A stretch of DNA of 64,000 bases from Eledone cirrhosa (GCA_964016885.1 OZ024754.1:37510001-37574000); one strand, 5' to 3'; shown: positions 14,925-28,785, counted from the first letter of the stretch. Notes: a model not told the origin generated them from the sequence alone. A program made the numbers and translations.

Positions 14925-14927
<3 letters not shown>
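14731..14927. mobile_element. Family C cassette with about 53-bp perfect fold-back arms and a 3' half hammerhead
   Basis: tagccgtc-GAAA-cggct tgagctc agccg-TC-ggggtc; palindrome centre near 14787. Confidence 0.75.
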
Positions 14928-14960
<33 letters not shown>

Positions 14961-15131
14961 GGTGTTGGATGCTTAAAGCGTCCGTATGCGGTAGGCCGTT
15001 TGAGCACTCGATGCTGTCAGAGTCAAGTTCGATCATCACATCGATCGTGCCTCGAGCTGGTCGCCAGAGAAACGATTGTAATATGTCCAATAAATTCCAT
15101 TCATATATATATATCTGTGTGTGTGTGGTGT

Positions 15132-15227
<96 letters not shown>

Positions 15228-15321
15228 TGTGTGAATAATGATAATAATAACATTAATAAAGATGCTGATGTTACATAAATCGTTTATTCATTATAAATTC
15301 ATTCTCTTCGGAACATATATT

Positions 15322-15367
<46 letters not shown>

Positions 15368-15889
15368 CAAATCATAAGGGATTTAAAACCACCAGGGTGT
15401 TGGATATATTAACGGATAGAACGGTTTATACTTATAATTTAATTAAAAGGATAAATCAAGGTATACAAACGGACCATATATATATAAGTACGTTTTCATC
15501 AGATAAAATATAAGATTTGATATGCGACATACCGCTACGGTTTTGATTATTCAATTCCAATAGTGGCACTATTGGAATTGAATAATCAAAACCGCTAAAT
15601 CGCCTAATGCGGTCCCCAGGGCATTGAACATTTGAAATTTATTTTGCTCAAAACACCCACAGGACCATAAGTAATACATGTGTAAAGTTTGAAAACAATC
15701 AGTTGGGTGGTTCTCGAGCTTTAGGGAGTTAGACAGACAGACATTCTCTTTTTTAGATATATAGATATACACTACTTACATTATATATACACTATGTACA
15801 GTATATAAACACTATGTACAGTATATATACACTATGATATACACTATGTACATTATATATACACTATGTACAATATATATACAATATAT

Positions 15890-16040
15890 ATATGGTGATG
15901 TCCAAGGGAAAGACAATGGCTGATACAGCTTAACACCAGTGACGTCGCAACTCATTTCTACAGCTGAGTAAACTGGAACAACGGGAAGTAAAGTGTCTTG
16001 CTCAAGAACACAACGCAAATCCCGGTCCGAGAATCGAATG
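15890..16040 (-). mobile_element. CORE-type SINE
   Basis: minus strand ttcttgagcaagacactttacttcc..tactcagctgtagaaatgagttgcgacgtcactggtg. Confidence 0.7.
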
Positions 16041-16973
16041 GCACACCATAAAAAAGGAATAGAAAGAAGCTGATCATCAGATTGAACCAAGGAAAGCTGT
16101 TTCCATTGATATTTCCATTGCTGATAGATGCTATCTGATTGGTGCAACCTTTAACAGATGATCCCGCAAGCATCCAGTCTGATTCTTTATAAATTCCGCT
16201 AATCTATCATCCCTGGATTGGTACTTTATTTCATTGACGAATGAAGCGCAAAGTCGGCCTAGCTGGGATTTGAACTTAGCGCACTGAGACCCGGAATATG
16301 AAAATACAATTTAAAAAAAAAAAAAAAAAAAATTAATCCGATTCTCGACCGAATTCTTTAGATAAGTCCATTTGCAATGGCGAAGGGTAAGTTTTATAGC
16401 TTTGAGCAGGGCCTTTCTCCTAAGAAAATATTCTTTTAGTAAAGCTACTCTAATCACGATACACCAATTTATTTCATGAGTGTTATTAAAGTAAGAAGGT
16501 TGATTGAAACAAATTGTTTCTTAACCAGTGTCTAGATAGAGAGTATTTCTTGAAAGTATTTCAATTATTTTATCATTTGTTTTCTTATTTCACTCAATTT
16601 ATGGTGTTTATACCCTGAGGAAAGTTATGTAGTATTGAGAAGATAAATGTTTGTAATATGCAAGAAGAGATTCAGTAAACTATAATAAACTTCGCTACGA
16701 AATAGTGTCTATGTGTCTATGTACTTAATAAAACCAAATATTCTTGTATGTTTGCTAAATCTGACCTGGGTAATACAACGAGACTGTTCATGGAATTGTT
16801 CGTTTATTTTGATGTGAGACAAAGACAATATTTCCTTCGAGTGTTTATAAGCGATGTAATATTATATCTCCATTTACACGAGACAAGATATATGCTGTCA
16901 TTACTTGACAGAACATTGAAAACAGACATTAAACAGTAGAGAGCGTTCTACTCTCTCGTCGCTTATTGCCATA

Positions 16974-17046
<73 letters not shown>

Positions 17047-17048
<2 letters not shown>

Positions 17049-17266
17049 CGAAGGAAATGTGGTAAGGAACCAGGTGGACCATAACGCACCAAAGTACTCA
17101 ATACTTAGGGTAGTAGAGTGGGTAATAGGAAGAAGTAGGACCCCGACGGCTGAGCTCAAGCCGTTTCGACGGCTAATTCTGGACTAGCCGACGGCTAATT
17201 CTGGACTAGTCCAGAATTAGCCGTCGGAACGGCTTGAGCTCAGCCGTCGGGGTCCTACTCGTTCCT
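17047..17266. mobile_element. Family C cassette with fold-back at HHR stem II
   Basis: full family C body, then duplicated and inverted acggctaattctggactag. Confidence 0.75.
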
Positions 17267-17317
17267 ATATATATATACATATATTCTCGGGTATAGTTAG
17301 TAGAATATAGGACATTA

Positions 17318-17510
17318 ATTGTTTCTACTTTTTGGCACAAGGCCAGCAATTACCCAGTGCATTACTGGTACTTTATTTTATCGACCCCGTAAGGATGAAA
17401 GGCAAAGTTAACCTCGGCGGGATTTGAACTCAGATCATAAAGGGACGTAACTCTATGCTTCAAAGCATGGTGTCCGACTCTCTACCGATACTGCCAATCC
17501 ACCGCCCTTA
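17318..17510 (-). mobile_element. Full-length Meta-type SINE with 19-bp TSD
   Basis: TAGAATATAGGACATTAAT at 17301-17319 and 17520-17538. Confidence 0.85.
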
Positions 17511-17619
17511 TTAATGTCCTAGAATATAGGACATTAATAAATACAAGTTTATTGTGAAAATACCTTACTATGAAGAATCTTTTAACGTTATCAAGAAATA
17601 TGGTGGATTCCTTTATTCT

Positions 17620-17760
17620 CTAAGGCGGGTAAAATTTCTGAGATCCATGGACGAGTTCTCTCCAGCGGTCTCTGTCCCTCATTATCGCTGCCATGTCCTG
17701 CGTCTCCAACAGACCAGTGTCTGCCCTTAGGGCATCAACATACGTTAACCCTGGTCTTCC
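17620..17760 (-). mobile_element. RTE LINE C-terminus
   Basis: GRPGLTYVDALRADTGLLETQDMAAIMRDRDRWRELVHGSQKFYPP*. Confidence 0.75.
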
Positions 17761-17843
17761 TTTATTATAGTTTAAATATCTAAGTTGTGAAGTACGTCAG
17801 TGGCCGGGTACCTATGATACCCGAGTCCTGTGTAGTTCTTTAA

Positions 17844-18017
17844 CCCTTTACTCTCTATATTCTATTGTATTTCATAATATTGAATCTACAAGATTTTGAT
17901 ATTATTTATATTGAGAACAATACCTTAACATAAGAATGAGCAGCCGGTTATAACCGGTTTGAACAGAAAATGGTGAGAGAATTCTGGCCGGATATGGACG
18001 GTTTAATTACTAAAAGG
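17844..18017. mobile_element. piggyBac-like MITE
   Basis: TTAA-ccctttA ... Taaaagg-TTAA. Confidence 0.55.
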
Positions 18018-18044
18018 TTAACCTAACTCGAGTAGCCCTTATTG

Positions 18045-18817
18045 TGGTTTCGCAGTATCGGTAGAGTGTCAGACACCATGATTTGCAGCATAGAGTTACA
18101 GCCCTTTACGGTCTGAGTTCAAATCCTGCCGAGGTTAGTTTTACCTTTCAACCTTACGGGGTCGATAAAATAAAGTACCAGTAATGCACTGGGGTCGATT
18201 TAAATCGACTTTCCCCTCCGCCAAATTACTGGCCTTGTGCCTATACTAGTATCAGTAGAGGGTAGGACACCATGCTTTCCAGCACAGTTACGTCCCTTTA
18301 CGATCTGAGTTCAAATCCCGCCGAGGTTGACTTTGCCTTTCATCCTTACGGGGTCGATAAAATAAAGTACCAGTAATACACTGGGTAATTGCTGGCCTTG
18401 TGCCTAAAGTAGAAACAATTATATTAACTAAAATGAATTGCCATGCTTTCCAGCATAGAGTTACGGTCCTTTACGTTCTGAATGCAAATCCCGACAAGGT
18501 TAACTTTGCTTTTCATCCTTACGGGGTCGATAAAATAAAGTACCAGCCATGTACTGGGTAACTGAAGGCCTTGTGCCAAAAGTAGAAACAATTATTATTA
18601 TTATGGATTGGCAGTATAGTGGAGCGTCGGACAACATGCTTTGTGGCATAGAGTTCCGGCTCTTTACATCCTAAGTTCAAATCACGTCGAGGTTAGCTTT
18701 GCCTTTCATCTTTACGGGGATGATAAAATAAAGTACCAGTCACGCACTGGGGTCGATTTAATCGACTTTCCCCTCGCCCCAAATTGCTGGTCTTGTGCCT
18801 ATATAAGAAACCATTAT
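18045..18817 (+). mobile_element. Four head-to-tail Meta-type SINEs
   Basis: four consecutive gataaaataaagtaccag cores. Confidence 0.85.
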
Positions 18818-19430
18818 TTTGACCCTAACATTGAAGCAATTTCAGATAAAAAACATTACTCTGAGCAAGAAAAAAAAGCTCAATTCATCTGTTCTTTTAT
18901 GAATCTTTGTGTATAATAAATTATACAGAGGCGATAGTCTCAATCATCATTACTGTAGCAAAAAATGTGTGTTCATGATTGAAATGGTCCCCGGCGCCTA
19001 ATATGTGATAATACATCTTATATATTCATTGATGTATCTACATATCACGCCCTAACATCTAAGGATGCGGCAAATGTCATTTTTACACAGTTAACTGTTT
19101 GTGAATGTATATGTATGGATGTCTGGTTGTATGGATGTCTGGCTGTTTACCGGACATAACCAATACATAGTGGAATATTTATGATGTGCGCGCATGTAAT
19201 ATATATATATATATATATTTCGTTTTTGAATTTGTTTAGCAAGATTCTTTATCTGAAAACGTGTGTTGAAACCGATATTGTTATACTTTGGGAGGGTCAT
19301 ATTGCCAATAAGAAACACACGCACCAGTTGCTTTCACTTCAATTTATTATAAATTAAATTTAGAAATTTAGGAATTTATAAATTTCCGGCTGGTTGGTTG
19401 GTTCCACAACCAGACGATTGTTCATATATT

Positions 19431-19473
19431 GTCAAAGTTCTTTCGTCACACATTCTGTGACCTCTTCAGTGAC
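19431..19473 (-). ncRNA. Minimal type I hammerhead, family G, in cassette 19218-19555
   Basis: GTCA-CTGAAGA-g-gtcaca gaatg tgtgac-GAAA-gaac-TT-TGAC. Confidence 0.7.
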
Positions 19474-19628
19474 TGGGGATTCTTTTCTTTGTTTTTGTGC
19501 CTCTCCTTTGTTCTGTCCTACGCCATCTTGTTTTTGTGTGTGTTGTGTGCTTAGTTATATATATATTATATATATGCATCTTCACATACACATATATATT
19601 CATACATACCTATATACATATATACACA

Positions 19629-19703
<75 letters not shown>

Positions 19704-19730
19704 ATATGTGTGTATGTATATATATATATC

Positions 19731-20280
19731 ATGGTGGCGACTAAACTGGCAACCCTACCAAGGTTTCTTGGTGAGGAGGGTGACTTTGGACATCCTGCAG
19801 GACTAAAGGCAGGGCCTGTCAGGGGGAAAAGGAGCTCATAGGAGTCAATGGCCATCCAGGATCACCGGGAGAGATGACCCCTTAGCCTTTGTCAAGGCAG
19901 AATTCTAGGAGAACGAAAACTCTGATATAACACCTGCAACCCTGATGGTATCCAATGATGTTGACTTGTTCTTCTTTTTGGTAAATATCATCTTGGTTAA
20001 GAGAGTGGGACTGGCTTTGTGCAGTGCCTTTGCTCACTATAATAGCTTCACGGCACAGGCATTGCTTTATATCTGGAGATCTCTCTGCACTTGTCGTCAG
20101 ATGGTACCATGGGCCCAGCACTATGTGTCAATAATTGTCACAAGTGTAGTGTTTGTACCAGAGTTTTCAAGTCGCTGGCTGCACTAAAAAGTCACACTCA
20201 TTCAGCGCATCGGTAGTCGTTCTCCTACATGGATATAAAGTAGTGGCCGTACTCGAAAACGAGTTGGCAGCCACCACCAT
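19731..20280. mobile_element. RTE-like 5' UTR fragment (plus) fused to an inverted second repeat that recurs at 23112-23385
   Basis: cgactaaactggcaaccc...ctaggagaacgaaaactctgatataac resembles RTE 5' UTRs; 20020-20280 is the reverse complement of 23112-23372. Confidence 0.45.
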
Positions 20281-20298
20281 ATATATATGTACACATAC

Positions 20299-20330
<32 letters not shown>

Positions 20331-20343
20331 GTATGTGTATATA

Positions 20344-20374
<31 letters not shown>

Positions 20375-20665
20375 GTGTATATATATATATATATGTGTAT
20401 ATATATATATACACATATATATATATATATATATACATACATATATACACATACATACATATATACATATATATGTATATATATATATATCTATACACAT
20501 TCATTATATATGTATATGTATATATATATACATATATATGTATATATATATACACACATACATATATACACATACATACATATATATATACATCTATACA
20601 CATATATATATACATATGTATATATACATATGTATATATACATATACATATATATACATGTACAC

Positions 20666-20720
<55 letters not shown>

Positions 20721-20746
20721 TGTATATGTATGTGTGTGTGTATATG

Positions 20747-20793
<47 letters not shown>

Positions 20794-21442
20794 CATATAC
20801 ACTCATACATCTTTAATCTTTAATTTACATTTGATCTACACAGTCAAGAAATGCTGACAGAAAATAACGCTGGTCGTCTGCTCTGGGCGAACATTCAAAC
20901 GAGTGTATATAACTGTCAATAAAGCTTTGCATTTGCTATTATACTAACTTCTCTAGCTACTCTTGAGATTACGCCGTTTAATGGATCTACATATGCTAAT
21001 GGTTAGCTATTAGAATCTATGGTTGTACATGCGTGTCGATATAATTTTCCTTAAGTGGAGTATTCGAAAGGATTTTCTACTTTGAATAAATACACCATAT
21101 CTTAGTGCCAAATACTTGGCTTAATTATCTTAAGAGATAAAGATGGAATGAGAAGTGAATCCTATTTTCTATTTCATCAACAAGTCAAGAAGAAATAGCT
21201 CTTACGATTTGATTTGTTGATGACTATATTCAGGAGGAATCCACGAAATAAGATAAAGGATTTAGTTCTGAATCAAGTCTTTAATAGAGTATGAAATATC
21301 TAAGCGATAATTCTGGCTACATGTTCATTTGACTGCAAAGAAATACTTCGTATCCTATTTAAATACTTAAATAAAACTATCTCAATCTTGTTGGCAAACA
21401 CAGATAGATTTGTATCCGTTAGCATCTCAGATATACTATATA

Positions 21443-21640
21443 ATTGTTTCTACTTTTGGCACAAGGCAGAGCAAATATCCCAGGATATTGCTGTTACTTT
21501 ATGTTATCGACTAAGGTATGGATGAAAGGGAAAGTTAACCTCGGTGGGATTTGAACTCAGACTGTAAAGGACCGTAACTCCATGCTGCAAAGCATGGTAT
21601 CCGACTCTCTACTACTGGTACTGCCAATCCATCGCCCACT
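21443..21640 (-). mobile_element. Meta-type SINE
   Basis: diverged full copy. Confidence 0.75.
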
Positions 21641-21868
21641 TAATAATGGTTTCAATTTTAGAAATAGGTATAAGACTTATGTTTAAGAATAGCAAACTTA
21701 CTGCCTTAGCGCTCAAGAACAAACACAGAACAATTGAAGAAGTCATTCCAATTATTGAAGAAATTATAACCGAGTGAACATATTCAGGTACTGTTCAAGC
21801 ACCCTGTATATCACCGTTTGTAAAGCCTTTCAAACGGCTTGAGCTCTGCCGTCGGGGTCATACTTTTT

Positions 21869-21939
<71 letters not shown>

Positions 21940-22008
21940 AAAAAGAGATGAAATCGAAAATGCAACTGGAGTCTTATTTTTTTTTTAAATATATATATTT
22001 ATTTGGTT

Positions 22009-22046
22009 CCTTTACCAGTTTCGCAGTTCTTCTGCTTTTCAAAAGG
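22009..22046 (-). ncRNA. Minimal hammerhead with U3:A8 core, family H
   Basis: CCTT-TTGAAAA-gcag aagaa ctgc-GAAA-ctgg-TA-AAGG followed by AATAAA; decayed second copy at 23538-23574 plus. Confidence 0.55.
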
Positions 22047-22319
22047 TGAGTTGAGATGGAGGGTCTGTGGTTTTTCTCACATCTGGTTGGTCTCTGAATG
22101 TTACTTGTTTTATATGGAAAAAGTGGCTCGAAATGCCAGGTTTTTCGAGAAGTAATTTGATTGGTTTGTCAATAATTATAATAAATTTCGCGCCAGTTCG
22201 CGTTACAATAGTTCTTCAAATAAGAGAGGGGGGGTTGTCACAGGTTGTTTTTTTCATATATGAGTGTTTGAATTTCTTTTTACTTGAAAAAAGGAGGCTC
22301 ACGAAGGCTTTTTTTTTGG

Positions 22320-22385
<66 letters not shown>

Positions 22386-22959
22386 CAAATTAGAGACCTT
22401 TCAAAGTGGACTACACAAATATTGCTCATCAAAGGAGTAACTTACAAATACCAGATAGTCGATAACTTGACTGTAGTACCTTTAACAAATACAACGACAC
22501 AACTTCCAAATAATGATTTCTTAAACAAGAAGTCATTCAAATGAATTAACTTTAAATGTGTGCCTTAGTGTGGCAATTATACAGCTGTTACTTTTGATGT
22601 CAGTATATTTAGTATTACATGAAAGGAAGTAGCTTAATTTCGATGTTTTTATAGTAAATTACAAATTAACTAATTTGTTCCTGGGGTCGGTGAAATGTTA
22701 GATTTTCTCAAATTAGGTTCCTTAACACTCTTTCATCGTTTTATTTTAATGGGTTTCTATTTGATTTTTTTGTCATAGACTCTATGTCTGTTGCCTATTA
22801 GGAATGGAACAGCAATTTATTTCCTCTCTCTCTCTCTCTCTTTCTCCCCCCCCTCTCTCTCTCCCTATGTCAAATTTACTGCAACTTCTCTTATATAACG
22901 GCCTGTGTATCAATTATTAATTAGTTTCTTGTAATTTTGTGTGTCTGCAGTTCATTTTC

Positions 22960-23014
<55 letters not shown>

Positions 23015-23446
23015 TATTTAGTAAAAAGAAAAAGTGTTACACTCTTGCCATATATCTTCAGATTTTGGTCTTCGTATTTATTATTAGTGTATATATATAT
23101 ACATACATATATGGTGGCTGCCAACTCGTTTTCGAGTACGGCCACTACTTTATATCCATGTAGGAGAACTCCTACCGATGCGCTGAACGAGTGTGACTTT
23201 TTAGTCCAGCCAGCGACTTGAAAACTCTGGTACAAACACTACACTTGTGACAATTATTGACACATAGTGCTGAGCCCATGGTACCATGTGATGACAAGTG
23301 AAGAGAGATCTCCAGATTTAAAGCAATGCCTGTGCCGTGAAGCTTTTATGGTGAGCAAAGGCACTGCACAAACTCTGATATAACATACATACATACATAC
23401 ATACATACATACATACATACATACATACATACATACATACATACAT

Positions 23447-23504
<58 letters not shown>

Positions 23505-23628
23505 GAGAAAAATCACAAACCCACCATCTCAATTCTACTTTTGAAAGGCATAAGAACTGTGAAACCAGTAAAGGAAACAAATAAATATTCTTAAAAAGAC
23601 TCCTCCAGTTGCATTTTCGATTTCTTTT

Positions 23629-23658
<30 letters not shown>

Positions 23659-23659
<1 letters not shown>

Positions 23660-24112
23660 ACGAAGGAAATGTGGTAAGGAACCAGGTGGACCATAACGCA
23701 TTTTTTTTTTTTTTTTTTTTTAGTCCAGAATTAGCCGTCGAAACGGCTTGAGCTCAGCCGTCGGGGTCCTACTCGTCCATATATATATATATAAAACGTA
23801 AAGGGCTGTAATTATATACTGCAAAGCATGTTGTCAGACGCCCTACCGGTACTGTCACTCTACCGCCCTATAATCACTTAACAATGGTTTCTACTTTAGG
23901 CACAAGGCCAGCAATTTTGGGGGAGGGGAAAGTCGATTAAATCTACCCCAGTGTGTGACTGGTACTTTATTTGGTACTTTATTTTATCGACCCCGTAAGC
24001 ATGAAAGGCAAAGTTAACCTCGGCGGGATTTGAACTCAGACTGTAAAGGGACGTAACTCAATGCTGCAAAGCAAGGTTTCCGACTCTCTACTGGTACTGC
24101 CAATCCACCGCC
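23659..24112. mobile_element. Family C fragments followed by partial and full Meta-type SINEs (minus)
   Basis: family C at 23659-23778; SINEs at 23795-23870 and 23882-24112. Confidence 0.75.
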
Positions 24113-24317
24113 ACTTAATAATTGTTTCAATTTTAGAAATAAATCCAACAAATTGTCTGGAGGAGAAAATTGGTTGTATCGACCCTAGTACGTGACTGGT
24201 ACTTTATTTCATCGAATCCAGAAGGATGAAAATTAAAGAGCCAGAAAAATACCGCAAATAATTTTGTTCGACGCTCCAACGAATCTGTCAATCCACCTCC
24301 CTTGAGATTGTCTTGGC

Positions 24318-24950
24318 CAGCCAGCATGTGGGACCCCATTTGTTCATAATACAGAAAGATGAGGAGGGCGAGAGATGGAGGCGATGACAATGGGAGTTCA
24401 GCTCTTCCGCGTTCGGACATATCAATTCTATGGTACTGACAGTTGGTACTGACAGTTGGACTGAATTGACCAATGTCTATTCCTGTTTTGCTTAGTACCA
24501 AGTCAATGCTTAAAAAAATAATTTTTAAAAATAATTAAAAAAATTTGTCGATCGACTTTCGTCAAATCGGACCGAGGAAACAATGTTTCCGTTGTTCTTT
24601 CCAAATGCTAATACTATCTATCGGTCTCAACTCCAGGCAGAAAAGCAACGTGAAATAAAGAATCTTGCTCAAATAAATGCGTATATGTATATATACATAC
24701 ACACATACATATATAATATATATATATATATATATATGCAGTCGATCGACTTTCGTCAAATCGGACCGAGGAAACAATGTTTCCGTTGGTCTTTCCAATT
24801 GCTAATACTATCTATTCTTCGCAACTCCAGGTAGAAGGAGCAACGTGAAATAAAGTGTCTTTCTCATAGACATAATACATCGCCCGGTCCCGGAATCGAA
24901 CTCACAACCTCACGATTGCAAATCCAGTTCTCTAACCAATCAGCCTTCAC
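24318..24950 (-). mobile_element. Composite CORE-type SINE with duplicated tail
   Basis: inverted relative of 700-1075; tail gtcgatcgactttcgtcaaatcggaccgagg present twice. Confidence 0.65.
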
Positions 24951-26609
24951 TAATTCTTAAAAAAGAGTTATATAAATGTACTAGAATAACTTATTTTACC
25001 AAATAGTTTCAAGACCACTTCAGTATACAGCCTCTGTTTTGTTTTTTAGTTCTCTTCTCTCGATGTAGTTTTCAATAATTCCAGATTATCGAATTATCTA
25101 ACATTTGTTTTTTATTACTGTACCAGAAAATCTCCCGTTTTCGTCTTATCGTTTTTTAGCAACATGTGTATTAACAAACAGAGCATGTGGTAAAATGGCC
25201 TGTTTTTCGTATCAAAACTTTGATGTATCTTAACTTGTCGCTCTTTACCGCATTTATAACATACATTGTATTATCTTTGATTCGATGTTGAATTATCCTA
25301 TGGTCTCAACTGTAGTCCACTCATCCTCCATTCATTTCTATGAACCCATTATATACTTTTATCTTGCAGCGCCAAGATTCGATGCCATTAAACCATATAT
25401 ATATATTTAACAAAACAACAGATGAAACTGTCTATCTACAGATTTGTGCAGTTTCTTCATTCTTATATAATGACAACTATTTTCCACAAATAATTTATTA
25501 TTAATAACTACGAGAAACAACCGATGTTAGCTCAGCATGAACAATCTATATACTGTATAAAATGACAGACATTTTACACAGTTAATTTATTATTAATAAC
25601 GACAAGAATCAACTGATTTTAGCTCAGCATAAACAATCTATATATCGAAGTGAAGAGCAGAACTAATAGAAAAAAAACAAGTTAAAATAAGACGCAGCAT
25701 GTAATGTCGATCTAATGCCATTCGTTCTTTTGTCTGGTGTTCATATATTGTCTCACCAGCTGTCACATGGGAAGAAAATAAAAGATAAACATATTCTGTT
25801 TATTAACAGTGTACGAGTCTTGTACGTCTTTATGTTGCCATCGTTGATTACGTGACATTTTTAGTAGGACAACTTCAACAACAAAAAAGATGATTGTTAA
25901 TTTTTTTTTTTTGTTATTTACCATTACTATATAAGATGACAGGAGTAGTCACAGGTTAATTTGTGTGGCTTAATAAGATTCAAATAACAGATGGGAAGAT
26001 AAGAATAATCGTATTTTAGAAAGCTTAAAAAGATCTGCCAATATTTGTAATCTGGTAAAGCTTTAGAAGTAGAATGGATATTAAGCAGATTCCTGGCGTC
26101 TTAAAACAATATGTAATCTAAGAAAAGTAAAGTCTAAATTACTATATTTACTTCTTTTTTAATGTCGTATGGATAATTATTTCTAACATTATCATACGGC
26201 CACAATGTTATTTTTTCCTGTGTAAAACACATTTGCCGACACATTAAATATAACCCAGCGTTTCTAAAGCATCCATTTTATAAAATTCTCCACAATATAT
26301 ATGCAGAGTATTCATTTCAAAATGGCTTCTCTTGTTCCTGAACTAACACGTCACGAGTATGTATGTATACATATAGTTATAAGATGTGATGAGCTAACGA
26401 AGTGGAGATTATTATTGGTGTATATATATATATAATGGTGGTGGTAGTAATATAATAGTAGAGATGAAGGTAGTGGTGGTTGTGGTGGTGGCGGTGTTAA
26501 TATAATAGTAGAGATGAAGGTAGTGGTGGTGGTGGTGGTAATATAATAGTAGTGATGAAGATGATGGTAGTGGTGATGGTAATATTATGATGGTGGTGTG
26601 GGTGGTGGT

Positions 26610-26663
<54 letters not shown>

Positions 26664-27110
26664 TACATATATACACACATATATATATATATACATACAT
26701 ACTTGTACATATATATAATAATGAAAAAGAAAAGAATGTAGGATCAAGAAGCAATAAGAGGGTATATATGTGTGTGTGTGTGTGTGTGTCGAGAGAGAGA
26801 GAAAGAGAGAGTGTGTGAGGGAGAGAGGGGGGAGATAGATAGATAGATAGAAAGAGAGAGGGGGAGGCATGCGTGTGTGAAACACATTAGGAGATAAAAT
26901 TATAAATGTGACGAGATATTTTACACATTCAGTTCTTTGTAGAAAAGTTTTATACGGTTTTTTGCCCAAACACGGAGTTACTGATGCATTTTTTCATCTC
27001 ACGTACCTCATCATATGTGTGTGTGTGTGTGTGTGTTGTGTGCGTGTGTGTTGTGTGCGTGTGTGTGCGTGTGTGTGTTAGTTAAGCGTGTCTTTCCACA
27101 TATAGGCTCA

Positions 27111-27180
27111 GCATATCTGATAAGATGTCACCATGATTGTACCCTGAGCTGATCGATATCGAAACAATTGTAATATATGC
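27111..27180 (+). ncRNA. Hammerhead-like motif with G8A change, family I
   Basis: gcATAT-CTGATAA-gatgtc..gatatc-GAAA-caattg-TA-ATAT; related 3' half at about 15069-15095. Confidence 0.5.
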
Positions 27181-27233
27181 AAATAAGGTTTGTATATATG
27201 CTGCAACACTGACATCTACTCTTTTAAATCTCA

Positions 27234-27324
<91 letters not shown>

Positions 27325-27844
27325 GGTTCTTATATATTTGATATATATTTATCCTTATCGAGCCCTCTTTAGATTTTAGTCTTCAAATTTATTATTATTA
27401 CTATATATATATATATATATATTGTTATACTTTGGGAGGGTCATGTTGCCAATAAGAAACACACGCACCAGTTACTTTCACTTCAATTTATTATATATTT
27501 ATAAATTTATAAACTTATGAATTTCTGGTTGGTTGGTTGGTTCCCTCCCAAAGTATAACAATATCGGTTTCAACACACGATTTCAGATAAAGAATCTTGC
27601 TAAACAAATTCAGAAACGAAATATATATATATATATATTCCTTTTCGATCGACTTTCGTCAAATCGGACCGAGGAAACAATGTTTCCGTTGGTCTTTCCA
27701 ATTGCTAATACTATCTATCGGTCGCAACTCCAGATAGAAGGAGCAACGTGAAAAAAAGTGTCTTGCATCACCCGGTCAAGAAATCGAACAGACAACCTCA
27801 CGATTACGAATCCAGCTCTCTAACCACTCAGCGACACGCCTCAC

Positions 27845-28009
<165 letters not shown>

Positions 28010-28166
28010 GATATGTATATATATATATAGATATATATAGATATATATAGATATATATAGATATATATATATAGATATATATATATATAGATATATATAT
28101 ATAGATATAGATATAGATATATATATATAGATATAGATAGATATATATATATAGATATATATATAT

Positions 28167-28205
<39 letters not shown>

Positions 28206-28272
28206 TATATATATATATATATATATATATAGATATATAGATATATATATATATATATATATATATACGTGA

Positions 28273-28321
28273 GCTTCCTGAAGATTTCATCTGAATGAAA
28301 CAGTACTAGTCCTGTAGAAGT
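28273..28321 (+). ncRNA. Hammerhead ribozyme, family B
   Basis: near-identical to 10635-10683; flanked by TA tracts. Confidence 0.75.
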
Positions 28322-28334
28322 TCCTTCTATAAAA

Positions 28335-28366
<32 letters not shown>

Positions 28367-28384
28367 TACGCACACACACACACA

Positions 28385-28425
<41 letters not shown>

Positions 28426-28663
28426 CGATTATGCATTGTTGCATAATATATGCAGACGGAGGGTGCAGTACACCTTACTGCTGCATTAAGTGTGGCCGAA
28501 ACTCGAGTCCGGGGACTATTATAGGCACCCGTTGTACGTGTGGTGTATTGAAGCGAATAACTATGTGTATACTCTGGGAATGTATCTTACATTGCCCATG
28601 GAGTACGCTGAGATACAACCGGTCCTGGCATTGATAAATATGCTGGGTCCGTCAACTCCTTGT

Positions 28664-28697
<34 letters not shown>

Positions 28698-28785
28698 CGT
28701 AAAAAGTTAACAGAAATAACAACACAATCGGTACAGTATATGGAAGGTATATATTAGGTTAACGCTTGATATAGCAGGAAGAGGG

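Noticed and set aside
15455-15512. Family D/K-like TATTTTAT-CTGATGA on the minus strand
   Set aside because: GAAA half is missing or degenerate, so it was not counted.
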